Below are positions 18,758-28,789 of a DNA stretch of 64,000 nucleotides, piece by piece. Position 1 is the stretch's first letter. Each line of letters begins with the position of its first letter. The notes below the pieces were generated by a model. It saw only the letters and a program-made list of their open reading frames with translations. It was not told the DNA's origin and did not search any database. A program made the position numbers and the translations under genes. The stretch spans positions 24,511-88,510 of the forward strand of contig JABGQS010000005.1 in the NCBI GenBank assembly GCA_018648645.1, read 5' to 3'. Source of the DNA: Clostridia bacterium. Its GTDB lineage: Bacteria > Bacillota > Clostridia > Christensenellales > SZUA-584.

Positions 18758-19876
18758 ATGTTGATTCGACCGACGTACGCAAAGGTAGACTTATCTGCCA
18801 TCAAGCAAAACGTGACGAGCATAAAGAATGTCGCCAACAGCGCGCTGTTTTGTGCTGTCGTAAAGGCGGATGCGTACGGTCACGGAGCCGTGATGGTAAG
18901 CCGCGCCGCACTAAGCGCAGGTGCAGATTGGCTTGCTGTGGCGCTGCCCGAAGAAGCGCGCGAGCTGCGCGGCGACGGTATCACTGCGCCGATTCTAGTG
19001 ATGGGACCGTCGAGCAAATGGCAGTGGGAAGTCGCAAGCGAGCTGAATCTCAGCATGGTCGTCGCATCAATGGACTGCATCGACAGCGCAATCGCGGTGT
19101 CCAAAGCAACGGGTGTCAGCTTCAAGCTGCACGTAAAAGTAGACACGGGCATGAACCGTGTTGGGTTTATGAGCTTGCCGGAAATGGAAGCGGCGCTTGA
19201 TATAATTGACAATGAGCCAACGCTGGAACTCGAAGGCTTGATGACACATTTCGCCTGCGCCGACGAAGCAGACAAATCATACACGAACATGCAAAACGAG
19301 AAATTCAAACAGTTTATTGACGCAGTGCACAAACGCGGATTAAATCCAATCATACACGCGGCAAACAGCGCGGCGACTATCGACTGCGAAGGTTTGTCCT
19401 ACGATATGGTGCGCATCGGCATATCGCTGTATGGGTGCTATCAGTCGTACGAGGTGAACCAAAACGTAAAGCTGACTCCGGCACTATCGTTTCACACACA
19501 AATCTCGTATATTAAAACCATAGAGCCGGGCGACAAATTAAGCTATGGCGGAACTTTCGCAGCAGAAAAACCAATGCGAGTGGCAACGCTGCCAATCGGC
19601 TACGCAGACGGGTTCAACCGTTTGTTGTCAAACAACGGGCATGTGCTTGTCCGCGGCAAACGTGTGCCGATTATCGGGCGTGTGTGCATGGATCAGTCGC
19701 TCATCGACATTACCGATATTAAGAACGCAAAGCTTCACGACGAAGTGGTTTGCATTGGCTCGCAAGGTGGCGAGCAGATTCTCGCAAGCGAGTTTGCAAA
19801 AAACATCGGCACTATTGACTACGAAGTGCTATGCGCTATTTCCAAAAGAGTACCAAGGTTATATTATGAGCAATAA
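18758..19876 (+). CDS. alr: Alanine racemase
   Basis: 372 aa with the PLP-Lys block 'AVVKADAYGHG' and 'YGGTF...ATLPIGYADG'. Confidence 0.92.
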   Translation: MLIRPTYAKVDLSAIKQNVTSIKNVANSALFCAVVKADAYGHGAVMVSRAALSAGADWLAVALPEEARELRGDGITAPILVMGPSSKWQWEVASELNLSMVVASMDCIDSAIAVSKATGVSFKLHVKVDTGMNRVGFMSLPEMEAALDIIDNEPTLELEGLMTHFACADEADKSYTNMQNEKFKQFIDAVHKRGLNPIIHAANSAATIDCEGLSYDMVRIGISLYGCYQSYEVNQNVKLTPALSFHTQISYIKTIEPGDKLSYGGTFAAEKPMRVATLPIGYADGFNRLLSNNGHVLVRGKRVPIIGRVCMDQSLIDITDIKNAKLHDEVVCIGSQGGEQILASEFAKNIGTIDYEVLCAISKRVPRLYYEQ

Positions 19877-20432
19877 GCGAAGGCTACGGCGAAGGATGAA
19901 GAGTTTGCGGCGAGGTCAAAGCGCTGCCGACAACACAATCCTCAGCGAGCAGATTAAGCATAAGTTAATGCGGTTGAAATGTGTACAGGACGCGCAATGC
20001 ATTATGGCGTATTTTCCACATCAAGGCGAGGTAGATTTACGCGAGTTTATGCAAGAGTGCATGGATGAGAACAAATGCGTCGCTCTGCCGCGTATCGTGC
20101 ATCACGGTGTGATGGCAGCGGTGCAATACACTTCGGATTCTGCTATGGGACGCAACCGGCACGGCATTGCTGAGCCGACAGGCAAAACCGAAATAGACCC
20201 TAATCAAATCGACGTGGTCATTGTCCCGGCATTGGCGCTGGGTGAAGACTTGCACCGTATCGGCTATGGCGGTGGTTACTACGACAGGTATCTCAAGAAA
20301 ACGCATGCGGCAAAAATCGGAGTGGGTTTCGATTTTCAAATAGTGCCGCATTTGCCAAAGCACGCGCACGATGTTCCGCTCGATATGATAGTCAGCGAAA
20401 AACGCACTATCGGAGAAGCGTCATGCGAGTGA
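19866..20432 (+). CDS. 5-formyltetrahydrofolate cyclo-ligase
   Basis: Internal start MSNKRRL at 19866; the upstream part of the ORF overlaps alr out of frame. 'GIAEP...DVVIVPALALGEDLHRIGYGGGYYDRYL' is the MTHFS motif. Confidence 0.8.
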   Translation: MSNKRRLRRRMKSLRRGQSAADNTILSEQIKHKLMRLKCVQDAQCIMAYFPHQGEVDLREFMQECMDENKCVALPRIVHHGVMAAVQYTSDSAMGRNRHGIAEPTGKTEIDPNQIDVVIVPALALGEDLHRIGYGGGYYDRYLKKTHAAKIGVGFDFQIVPHLPKHAHDVPLDMIVSEKRTIGEASCE

Positions 20433-20965
20433 TAGCGGGCAAGTATAAAAGCAGAAGGCTGGAGTGCCCAAAAGGTAACGTGATGCGCCCAACGACCGAT
20501 AAAGTGAAGGAAGCGATGTTTGGCTCGCTGCAGTTCAAAATCCCGGGAGCAAAAGTGCTCGACGCGTTTGCCGGCAGCGGGTCGCTTGGTATAGAAGCGC
20601 TTAGCCGCGCCGCCGCGCACGTAGATTTTGTCGAGAACAACCGAGATTGTCTGCGCGCTTTGACAAGCAACCTCAATATGCTGGACGCCGAAAACTATTC
20701 TCTAATAAAAGGCGATTTGCTCAAAAGCGCATCTAGACTTCAAACCTACGACATAGTGTTTCTGGACCCGCCGTATGACGCGCAGCTGTATTTGCCGACG
20801 CTGAACATGGCACACGAGCGCGGTATATTAGAGCCGGGCTGCACAATCGTTATGGAATGCCGCAAGAAATTTGATTTTATATTGCCAAAGGAGTATAATT
20901 TTATCAAGAGAAAAGACTACGGTGACATATCGCTTTGGTTTTTGGAATACGGAGAAAGCTCATGA
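20423..20965 (+). CDS. rsmD: 16S rRNA (guanine966-N2)-methyltransferase
   Basis: 180 aa with 'RPTTDKVKEAMFGSL', 'LDAFAGSGSLGIEALSR' and 'DIVFLDPPY'. Confidence 0.88.
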   Translation: MRVIAGKYKSRRLECPKGNVMRPTTDKVKEAMFGSLQFKIPGAKVLDAFAGSGSLGIEALSRAAAHVDFVENNRDCLRALTSNLNMLDAENYSLIKGDLLKSASRLQTYDIVFLDPPYDAQLYLPTLNMAHERGILEPGCTIVMECRKKFDFILPKEYNFIKRKDYGDISLWFLEYGESS

Positions 20966-21441
20966 GCAAATGTGTATACGCAGGAAGTTTTGACCCGATA
21001 ACCAGCGGACATCTGGACATTATCGAGCGCGCAGCCGCAAGGTTTGGCGAAGTTACGATTGTGGTTCCCGTTAACATAGAAAAGAAATGTGCGTTTTCAC
21101 TTGAGCAGCGTCTTGCTATGATACAAAAGAGTACCGCGCATATTGGCGGCGTAAGCGTTAACAGCGTGGACGGGCTGCTCGTCGACTATATGAAGCAGAT
21201 TGGCGCAGACTTGATAATAAGAGGGCTGCGCTCTTTGTCAGACTTTGACCACGAGTATCAACTGGCTTCGGTAAACGCGAAGCTGTACGACGATATTGAA
21301 ACGGTGTTTTTGATGGCGAACCCAAGGTACTCGTTCGTCAGCTCCAGCATCGTGAGAGAGTTGATTTTCCACGGCGGCGATATTGACGGCTTTGTTCCGG
21401 GCATCATCATTGGCGACATAAAAAAATATATTGGTGGGTGA
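20962..21441 (+). CDS. coaD: Phosphopantetheine adenylyltransferase
   Basis: 'YAGSFDPITSGHLDIIERA' (T/HxGH) and 'SSSIVRE'. The ATGA overlaps the rsmD stop. Confidence 0.93.
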   Translation: MSKCVYAGSFDPITSGHLDIIERAAARFGEVTIVVPVNIEKKCAFSLEQRLAMIQKSTAHIGGVSVNSVDGLLVDYMKQIGADLIIRGLRSLSDFDHEYQLASVNAKLYDDIETVFLMANPRYSFVSSSIVRELIFHGGDIDGFVPGIIIGDIKKYIGG

Positions 21442-21445
21442 AGAC

Positions 21446-21910
21446 ATGAAAACATTTGAACTTTTAGATGAGTTAAAAGAGGAGCTGGAGAGCAGCCCTA
21501 AGACAGCCTTTTCCAACAAAAAGGCAGTCGATTTAGAGGTTATCACAGAGATATTACAGGATCTCAAAACGGTCGTTCCAAAGGAACTTAAGGAAGCTAA
21601 AAAGCTGCTCGGTGATAAAGAAAAAATACTCGCGGATGCAAAGGCGCAGGCAGAGCAGATTGTGGACGGCGCGCAGGCAGAGCTTGATAAAAGAGTGGCA
21701 GAAGACGAAGTGACAAAGGCGGCAGAGCAAGACGCGGAAACATTGATGAAAAAAGCGAAAAGCAACGCCAAAGAAATCACGATGGGCGCAAGGGAATACG
21801 CTGACGACATCATGCAAGAGCTCGAAATGTATTTCGCTGACTACCTAAAGCTGATACGCAAAAACAGGCTACAGCTTGCTGGAAAAAGAAAACCTGAAAA
21901 ACGCCCTTAG
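21446..21910 (+). CDS. Hypothetical coiled-coil protein (ATPase subunit H/b-like)
   Basis: 154 aa, Lys/Glu/Ala-rich heptad-like sequence. RBS ggtgggtga. No catalytic motif recognised. Confidence 0.5.
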   Translation: MKTFELLDELKEELESSPKTAFSNKKAVDLEVITEILQDLKTVVPKELKEAKKLLGDKEKILADAKAQAEQIVDGAQAELDKRVAEDEVTKAAEQDAETLMKKAKSNAKEITMGAREYADDIMQELEMYFADYLKLIRKNRLQLAGKRKPEKRP

Positions 21911-21933
21911 AACGACATTAAAAAAGTATTACC

Positions 21934-21969
21934 ACAGCCGTAAAGTTGATGAAAACATGCGGCTGTTTT
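21934..21969. terminator. Convergent-gene hairpin terminator
   Basis: acagccg...cggctgt stem followed by TTTT, between two converging genes. The loop is long (about 19 nt). Confidence 0.4.
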
Positions 21970-21973
21970 CATG

Positions 21974-23152
21974 CTATTTAGTTATAATTAGTCTTTGAGT
22001 GAAGTCTCTGGCAGCTCTGTTAAACGGCTCTTTTTTTTGTGTGAGCGCGTACAAATCCGTCGCTATTAAATCCATGTCCGTATAATAATCCGACTTTCCT
22101 ATGACGAGAGGCACCTTGCACGCATCAGCCAGCGTGGACATTACGCTTTGGCCGGCTACCCCCAGCACATGCATGTGATTGACTTTTTTACGGTTGTGTT
22201 TTTCGACCATATCGCGGGTTATGCCAAACAGCGCATACAGCAGTATTCGCGATATGCGGGTATAGGTGTATCGTTTTGTTTTGATTGCGTCAATCAGCTC
22301 GGCTCTCGTAGAGCATGTCTTAGCTGCGCTATATATGCGATTCTCGAGTCCTTCGCTCACTTCGTGCAAGGTTTTGATATAGCCGGTGCCGCCAACCCTA
22401 AGTCGATAGAGCAGCTGTTTGTCAAAGCTGTCAGCAAAGACGGGAGTAAGCCCGGCAAGCAATTGCTCCTTGATATAATCCGCGCAGACATTAGGCATGG
22501 ATACAAACGCCTCCGCCAAATGATTGCTCTGCATCGCGCTGCGAATGGCGGTTGCGCTAGACAGCGTTGTTGATATATCGCTGCTGTGATAGCCCTGCCC
22601 GACGCGCTGTATCGCAATTGGCTCCAGTTTAGATTTGTGCTTTTTGATCGCTTTTATATACTCGGTAGCAAGAATCGCGTTCGGCATTTTGAGTGCCTTG
22701 GGGGCATCCGGGAGAGCAGCATTCATCCTTGCTTGCGCAAAGCTCATGCCCTGCGAGAGGTTTTCTCTCAGCGCGCGTTTATATTTGCGCGGCTCTTTGG
22801 CGAGTGTCCCGGCAAGAGCGCTAATCGCAGTAAGGTCGGTTGTTTCGCACCCAAAGCTTATATAATCTGCGCCAATTGCATCGAGAATCTTAACACCGCC
22901 GGACGCAAAGCCTTCTGCACTTTGTACCGCGCTCAGCAGCGGCAGCTCAATCACGGCATCAGCGCCGCCTTTCAGCGCACACATTGTACGGCTCCATTTG
23001 TCAAAAACGGCAGGCTCACCGCGCTGAACAAAATTGCCGCTCATCACGCAGACAATCAGGTCTGCACGGCTCTTTTCGCGCGTTTTTTCGATATGTAATT
23101 GATGTCCATTGTGAAATGGGTTATATTCAACAATAATTCCACAAATAATCAT
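21974..23152 (-). CDS. tmcAL: tRNA(Met) cytidine acetate ligase (YlbM family nucleotidyltransferase)
   Basis: 392 aa. 'GIIVEYNPFHNGHQLHI' and 'VMSGNFVQRGEPA' are TmcAL hallmarks. RBS aaaggaga. Confidence 0.85.
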   Translation of the reverse strand: MIICGIIVEYNPFHNGHQLHIEKTREKSRADLIVCVMSGNFVQRGEPAVFDKWSRTMCALKGGADAVIELPLLSAVQSAEGFASGGVKILDAIGADYISFGCETTDLTAISALAGTLAKEPRKYKRALRENLSQGMSFAQARMNAALPDAPKALKMPNAILATEYIKAIKKHKSKLEPIAIQRVGQGYHSSDISTTLSSATAIRSAMQSNHLAEAFVSMPNVCADYIKEQLLAGLTPVFADSFDKQLLYRLRVGGTGYIKTLHEVSEGLENRIYSAAKTCSTRAELIDAIKTKRYTYTRISRILLYALFGITRDMVEKHNRKKVNHMHVLGVAGQSVMSTLADACKVPLVIGKSDYYTDMDLIATDLYALTQKKEPFNRAARDFTQRLIITK

Positions 23153-23274
23153 AAATTCTCCTTTGCAAAACCACCAAAGTTATATATAATAGTTTGGTTA
23201 GTAGTATTATAACACTTTTTTAGTAGTGTTGTTTAGATAAAATTTTATATTTTTTGAAGGGAGCATATTAAGGT

Positions 23275-24264
23275 ATGAGCTTAATGGATGACATTAAAGG
23301 CAAAGCACGAGCCGCCTCGAAACACGTGGTTTTACCGGAGGGTACGGAGGAGCGGACTATCAAGGCCGCAGCGATTATCGCAAAAGAAGGAATCGCACAG
23401 GTCACGCTGATTGGTAATGTGGCAGAGATTAAAAAGAAGGCGGCGGGACTGGATTACTCAGGGGTATCAATCATAGACCCGAACGACTCGGACAAGACAC
23501 AGGAGTATGCAGATAAGTACTACGAGCTACGCAAACACAAAGGCGTAACACCTGACACAGCGAAGCAGCAGGTACTGGACCCACTGTACTACGCTTGCAT
23601 GATGATCAAGATGGGCGACGCAGACGGCATGGTGGCAGGAGCCATTCACACTACAGGAGACACGCTTAGGCCCGCATTTCAAATCATCAAAACGGCACCC
23701 GGAATATCGGTGGTGTCAAGCTCATTTATAATGGAACTTCCCACAAACGATTTTGGACACAACGGAATATTGATGTTTGGCGATTGCGCAGTAAACCCCT
23801 GCCCTGATGCAGATCAATTGGCGGCAATTGCGATATCCACAGCAAAAACAGGCGCGCAGCTTGCGGGTATGGACCCAAAAGTAGCGATGCTTTCTTTTTC
23901 GACCAAAGGCAGCGCAAAGCACGAGCTGGTTGACAAAGTCAGCCTAGCCACGCAGAAGGTACACGAGCTTGCACCAGAACTTTCTGCTGACGGAGAGCTT
24001 CAGGCTGACGCGGCGCTCGTCGAAAAGGTTGGGCAGCTGAAAAGCCCCGGCAGCGAAGTAGCGGGCAAAGCAAACGTGCTGATTTTCCCCGACTTGCAGG
24101 CAGGAAACATCGGCTATAAGCTGGTGCAGCGCCTTGCGGGAGCGCAGGCGATCGGACCAATCTGCCAAGGACTTGCAGCCCCGGTGAACGACCTATCACG
24201 CGGGTGCAGCGTAGACGATATTGTATCGGTTGTAGCGATTACTGCCGTTCAAGCACTTAATTAG
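23275..24264 (+). CDS. pta: Phosphate acetyltransferase
   Basis: 329 aa with 'VVLPEGTEERTIKAA', 'DGMVAGA.HTTGDTLRPA' and 'PVNDLSRGCSVDDIV'. Confidence 0.93.
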   Translation: MSLMDDIKGKARAASKHVVLPEGTEERTIKAAAIIAKEGIAQVTLIGNVAEIKKKAAGLDYSGVSIIDPNDSDKTQEYADKYYELRKHKGVTPDTAKQQVLDPLYYACMMIKMGDADGMVAGAIHTTGDTLRPAFQIIKTAPGISVVSSSFIMELPTNDFGHNGILMFGDCAVNPCPDADQLAAIAISTAKTGAQLAGMDPKVAMLSFSTKGSAKHELVDKVSLATQKVHELAPELSADGELQADAALVEKVGQLKSPGSEVAGKANVLIFPDLQAGNIGYKLVQRLAGAQAIGPICQGLAAPVNDLSRGCSVDDIVSVVAITAVQALN

Positions 24265-24273
24265 GAGGAAAAA

Positions 24274-25479
24274 ATGAATATACTTGTTATAAACGCAGGA
24301 AGCTCATCCGTAAAGTATCAGCTAATCGAGATGACGCAGACAAAGGTTATCGCCAAGGGAGGAATAGAGCGCATTGGCATCGAGGGCTCGAACCTAGAGC
24401 ACAAACCAAACGGTAAAGACAAGATTGTTATAGAGACTCCGATAGCCGACCACACGCAGGCGATAGCAATGGTGCTGGATGCACTGACGGACAAAGATCA
24501 CGGCGTTATCAAAAGCATGGACGAGATCGGCGCGGTTGGTCACAGAGTAGTTCATGGTTCAGAGTTTTTCTCTAGCGGTGTTATTGTTGATGACAAGGTG
24601 CTCGGTCAAATTCAAGAGTGTGCAGAGCTTGCACCACTTCACAACCCGGCAAGCCTCATGGGTATCAAAGCTTGTCAAAAAATTATGCCGGGCACGCCGA
24701 TGGTTACAGTTTTTGACACGGCTTTCCATCAAACAATGCCGAAAAACGCTTATCTGTACGGGCTTTCATACGAAGCATACGAGAAATTCCGTGTTCGTAA
24801 ATACGGCTTTCACGGCACATCGCACAAGTTTGTTGCCGAGAGATACGCAGAAATTACAGGCAAAAAGATTGAAGACTTAAAGCTGATTACGTGTCACCTC
24901 GGCAACGGATCGAGCGTGTGCGCTGTTGACGGTGGCAAATCTGTAGACACATCAATGGGCTTTACACCGCTTGAAGGTCTTGTAATGGGAACGCGCAGCG
25001 GCGATATCGATCCGGCGATTGTGCCATTCCTGATGAACAAAATGCACATGAACCTCGACGAAACCATCACGTATCTCAACAAGCAGTGTGGTGTTTGGGG
25101 GCTGTCGGGCGAATCGAGCGACTTTAGAGATTTGTGGAAAGCCAGCGGGAAGGGTATCGAGCGTGCAACAGTCGCGCTTCAGGTTTTCTGCTATCGCCTA
25201 AAGAAGTTCATCGGCAGCTACGCAGCGGCAATGGGCGGCGTGGATGCGATCATCTTCACAGCGGGCATCGGCGAGAACGACTATCTCGTTCGCGAGTGGA
25301 GCGTGGAAGGGCTACAGTTCCTCGGCGCGATTATCGACAAGCCGCTAAACGAAGAGTTCGAGCATGTGCGCGGCAACGATGTGAAGCTATCGACCGAAGA
25401 TTCGACAGTAGACATTTGGTGCATCCCGACCAACGAAGAGCTTGCAATCGCCAAAGAGACATACGCGCTTTGCAAATAG
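24274..25479 (+). CDS. ackA: Acetate kinase
   Basis: 401 aa with 'ILVINAGSSSVKYQL', 'GHRVVHG', 'CHLGNGSS' and 'FTAGIGEN'. Confidence 0.95.
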   Translation: MNILVINAGSSSVKYQLIEMTQTKVIAKGGIERIGIEGSNLEHKPNGKDKIVIETPIADHTQAIAMVLDALTDKDHGVIKSMDEIGAVGHRVVHGSEFFSSGVIVDDKVLGQIQECAELAPLHNPASLMGIKACQKIMPGTPMVTVFDTAFHQTMPKNAYLYGLSYEAYEKFRVRKYGFHGTSHKFVAERYAEITGKKIEDLKLITCHLGNGSSVCAVDGGKSVDTSMGFTPLEGLVMGTRSGDIDPAIVPFLMNKMHMNLDETITYLNKQCGVWGLSGESSDFRDLWKASGKGIERATVALQVFCYRLKKFIGSYAAAMGGVDAIIFTAGIGENDYLVREWSVEGLQFLGAIIDKPLNEEFEHVRGNDVKLSTEDSTVDIWCIPTNEELAIAKETYALCK

Positions 25480-25502
25480 TATAGACAAAAATTCGCGCAC
25501 CA

Positions 25503-25725
25503 TGTATAATGGTTCTCTAGAGAGGACACCGACTTAATCATTTGCTTTTTAAGGGACTTTTCGACGTGACTGGAATCGAAAAGAAGCGATATAGGCTCGG
25601 TAACAGCTTCTTTGTGGATTGAATAAGATTTAAGTGCCCGGGATGTTGAACTCTTGGGAATTTGGGTGGTACCGCGGGTAATTCTCGTCCCTGTCAAGTA
25701 TTGATGGGGACGTTTTGTTATAGTA
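25503..25725 (+). promoter_or_regulatory. T-box leader (riboswitch) with promoter and intrinsic terminator, upstream of hisS-aspS
   Basis: Extended -10 TGTATAAT at 25503. AG-bay-like 'aaggga' with distal hairpin cttttcga/tcgaaaag (25551-25583). Conserved T-box sequence 'aatttgggtggtaccgcgg' at 25659-25677. Terminator cgtccc/gggacg plus TTTT at 25686-25716. Confidence 0.8.
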
Positions 25726-25741
25726 ATAAAGAGGTGAAGCA

Positions 25742-27004
25742 ATGTTAACAAGAGCGCCGAAAGGCACAAAAGACGTTCTGCCGGGCGAGAGCTATAAGTG
25801 GCAGTATATCGAAAAAATAATGAGAGACGTTTGCGCACGGTTTGCGTACAGGGAAATTCGAACGCCTACGTTCGAGCATACCGAGCTATTTTTGCGCGGG
25901 ATCGGTGACACTACCGATGTAGTGCAAAAAGAGATGTACACGTTTCTTGACAAGAAGGAGCGCAGCATCACGCTGAAACCCGAAGGCACGGCAGGCGTGG
26001 TGAGAAGCTTCGTAGAGAGCAGCATGGGCGGGGCCGCACAGCCGACAAAGATGTACTATCTCAACTGTCCTGTTTTTAGGTATGAAAACCCTCAGCATGG
26101 GCGTTACAGAGAACACCATCAGTTCGGAATAGAAGGTTTCGGATCAGAGAAACCGTCGATAGATGCAGAGGTAATTTCCTTAGCATTAACAGTGCTTCGT
26201 GAGCTCGGTGTAAGCGGACTTGCGCTGAATATAAACAGCATTGGCTGCAAGCAATGCCGACCGGATTACAACAAAGCGTTGATTGAGTATCTAAGCAAAA
26301 ACAAAGACGGACTCTGCCGCGATTGTCAGCAAAGAATGGGCACTAATCCACTGCGCGTTCTTGATTGCAAGCAGGAAACATGCTCTGCAATAGTCAAAAA
26401 CGCGCCAAAGATGATTGATTATCTGTGTGGGGAATGCAGTACACACTTTGATGGGCTAAAAGCAAGGCTGAAAAGTGCGGATATTGACTACGTGGTCAAC
26501 CCGATGATCGTGCGCGGGCTGGATTATTACACAAAGACGGTGTTTGAGATAATATCCACCGATATCGGTGCACTGGGAACAGTGTGCGGCGGAGGAAGAT
26601 ACGATGAGCTAGTGGAAGAGCTTGGCGGAAAGCCGACACCCGGCATAGGTTTCGGCATGGGCATGGAGCGATTGCTCCTGGTGCTCGAATCGCTGGGGAT
26701 AGATATTCCCGAGCCGAGCTTGTGTGACGTGTATGTGTGCACGCTGGGCGAAAATGCGAGCGAAAAAGGATTCAAGATAACAGCTGACCTTCGGGCAGCC
26801 GGCATCAAGGCAGAGTGTGATCACACGGGCAGAAGCATGAAAGCGCAAATGAAGTATGCAGGTAAGATAGGCGCAGGCAAAGTGATTATCATCGGCGAAA
26901 ATGAGATAGCAAAGGGCGTCGCGGCGGTCAGAGATATGAAGGCAAGCGAAGAGAAAACAGTTGCTTTTGAGCAGCTTAATGAATTTATAAAGGGTGGAGA
27001 GTAA
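25742..27004 (+). CDS. hisS: Histidine-tRNA ligase
   Basis: 420 aa with class II motifs 'YREIRTPTFE', 'FRYENPQHGRYREHHQFG' and 'GGGRYD'. Confidence 0.95.
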   Translation: MLTRAPKGTKDVLPGESYKWQYIEKIMRDVCARFAYREIRTPTFEHTELFLRGIGDTTDVVQKEMYTFLDKKERSITLKPEGTAGVVRSFVESSMGGAAQPTKMYYLNCPVFRYENPQHGRYREHHQFGIEGFGSEKPSIDAEVISLALTVLRELGVSGLALNINSIGCKQCRPDYNKALIEYLSKNKDGLCRDCQQRMGTNPLRVLDCKQETCSAIVKNAPKMIDYLCGECSTHFDGLKARLKSADIDYVVNPMIVRGLDYYTKTVFEIISTDIGALGTVCGGGRYDELVEELGGKPTPGIGFGMGMERLLLVLESLGIDIPEPSLCDVYVCTLGENASEKGFKITADLRAAGIKAECDHTGRSMKAQMKYAGKIGAGKVIIIGENEIAKGVAAVRDMKASEEKTVAFEQLNEFIKGGE

Positions 27005-28786
27005 ATGAGCGAGTTTTTACAAGGATGGAAAAGAACAGATTACTGTACCAACTTCAGCGTAGACAACGTAGGTAATGAAGTGACTCTGATGGGCTGGGTG
27101 CAGACTCGACGCGACCTAGGCGCACTGATATTTGTTGATCTGCGGGACAGAACGGGTATCATGCAGGTGGTGTTCGACGAGTCGCTGATGGAGACGGATT
27201 TCGCTAAAGCGGAGAAGCTGCGAAGCGAGTTTGTTATCGCGGTGCAGGGCGAGATCGTTCGCCGCGACGATGAAACCGTCAACGAGAATCTGCCGACCGG
27301 GCTTATTGAAGTTTCGGTAAAGCGGCTAAAGGTGCTTAGCAAATCAAAAACACCGCCGTTCGAGATTGATGACGACAAAGCCGTGCGAGAAGAGAAGCGG
27401 CTCAAATACAGATACCTCGATCTGCGCAGACCAACCATGCAAAACAATATGATGGTACGAAGCAAGATTTCTGCCGCGGCAAGAGAGTATTTGACGGACA
27501 ATGGTTTTCTCGATATAGAAACGCCGATGCTGACCAAGAGCACACCTGAAGGCGCGCGCGATTATCTGGTGCCGTCAAGGGTACACGGAGGCAGCTTTTA
27601 CGCGCTGCCGCAGTCTCCGCAGACAATGAAACAGCTGCTTATGATGTCCGGGTTCGACAAGTATTTCCAAATCGTAAAGTGTTTCCGCGACGAGGATTTG
27701 CGCGCCGATAGACAACCGGAGTTCACGCAGATTGATATCGAAATGAGCTTTGTGGATGTTGACGACATAATCGCCGCAAACGAAGGCTTGATGGCGCACG
27801 TGTTCAAAAAGGTTATGGACATCGACATAGAGCTGCCGCTAAAGCGTATACCGTTCAAAGAAGCGATGGACAGATACGGCAGCGATAAGCCGGACACACG
27901 CTTTGACCTAGAGCTCGTGAACGTCAGCGACATCGTCGAAAACAGCGGTTTTAAAGTGTTCTCGTCGGTTGTCAAAAACGGCGGAAGCGTTCGTGCAATA
28001 AACGCTAAAGGCTGCGTAGACAAATTCGCGCGCAGACAAATTGACGCACTTGTCGATTTCGTGAAAATATACGGTGCAAAAGGTATGGCGTGGATTTCAA
28101 TGAAAGAAGAGGGCATGCAATCGCCGATAACCAAGTTCTTCAGCGAAGAGGACATCAATTCTCTTCTCGAGCGCACGGGAGCGGAAACCGGCGACCTCAT
28201 ATTCTTCGTCGGTGACACCGACAAAGTGGTGTTCGACTCGCTTGGCAACCTAAGATTGAAGCTGGCAGAAACGCTTGGTCTTATCGACGAGAGCGTGTTT
28301 GATTTGCTGTGGGTGGTAGACTTCCCTGTGTTCGAATACAGCGAGGAAGAAAAGCGCTATACAGCTATGCACCATCCGTTCACATCGCCAAAGGACGAGG
28401 ACGTAGACAAACTGGAAACTGACCCGGCGGGCGCGTATGCCAAAGCATATGACATCGTGCTGAACGGCAACGAGATCGGCGGCGGAAGTATACGTATTCA
28501 CGACACAAAAATACAGAAAAGAATGCTGCACGCGCTGGGGTTCAGCGATGAGGAAGCGCAAGAGAACTTCGGATTCCTGCTTGAAGCGCTTAAATACGGA
28601 ACACCACCGCACGGCGGAATCGCGTATGGTCTTGACAGGCTTGCGATGCTGCTTCTTGGGTGCTCGTCCATCAGAGACGTTATTGCGTTCCCGAAAGTGC
28701 AGAACGCTTCTGACCCGCTTACGAACGCACCGTCCAAGGTTTCGGCAAAACAGCTGCTTGAACTCAGCCTAAAGGTAACGGAATAG
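27005..28786 (+). CDS. aspS: Aspartate-tRNA ligase
   Basis: 593 aa with 'FRDEDLRADRQPEFTQID', 'GGGSIRIHD' and 'PPHGGIAYGLDR'. Starts immediately after the hisS stop. Confidence 0.95.
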   Translation: MSEFLQGWKRTDYCTNFSVDNVGNEVTLMGWVQTRRDLGALIFVDLRDRTGIMQVVFDESLMETDFAKAEKLRSEFVIAVQGEIVRRDDETVNENLPTGLIEVSVKRLKVLSKSKTPPFEIDDDKAVREEKRLKYRYLDLRRPTMQNNMMVRSKISAAAREYLTDNGFLDIETPMLTKSTPEGARDYLVPSRVHGGSFYALPQSPQTMKQLLMMSGFDKYFQIVKCFRDEDLRADRQPEFTQIDIEMSFVDVDDIIAANEGLMAHVFKKVMDIDIELPLKRIPFKEAMDRYGSDKPDTRFDLELVNVSDIVENSGFKVFSSVVKNGGSVRAINAKGCVDKFARRQIDALVDFVKIYGAKGMAWISMKEEGMQSPITKFFSEEDINSLLERTGAETGDLIFFVGDTDKVVFDSLGNLRLKLAETLGLIDESVFDLLWVVDFPVFEYSEEEKRYTAMHHPFTSPKDEDVDKLETDPAGAYAKAYDIVLNGNEIGGGSIRIHDTKIQKRMLHALGFSDEEAQENFGFLLEALKYGTPPHGGIAYGLDRLAMLLLGCSSIRDVIAFPKVQNASDPLTNAPSKVSAKQLLELSLKVTE

Positions 28787-28789
28787 GGT

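Noticed and set aside
19545-19865. N-terminal 107-aa extension of the MTHFS ORF; similar extensions at 59888-60139, 29338-29466 and 18266-18325
   Set aside because: The extensions overlap the preceding genes out of frame and lack RBSs. Internal ATGs with good SD spacing give N-termini matching the families.
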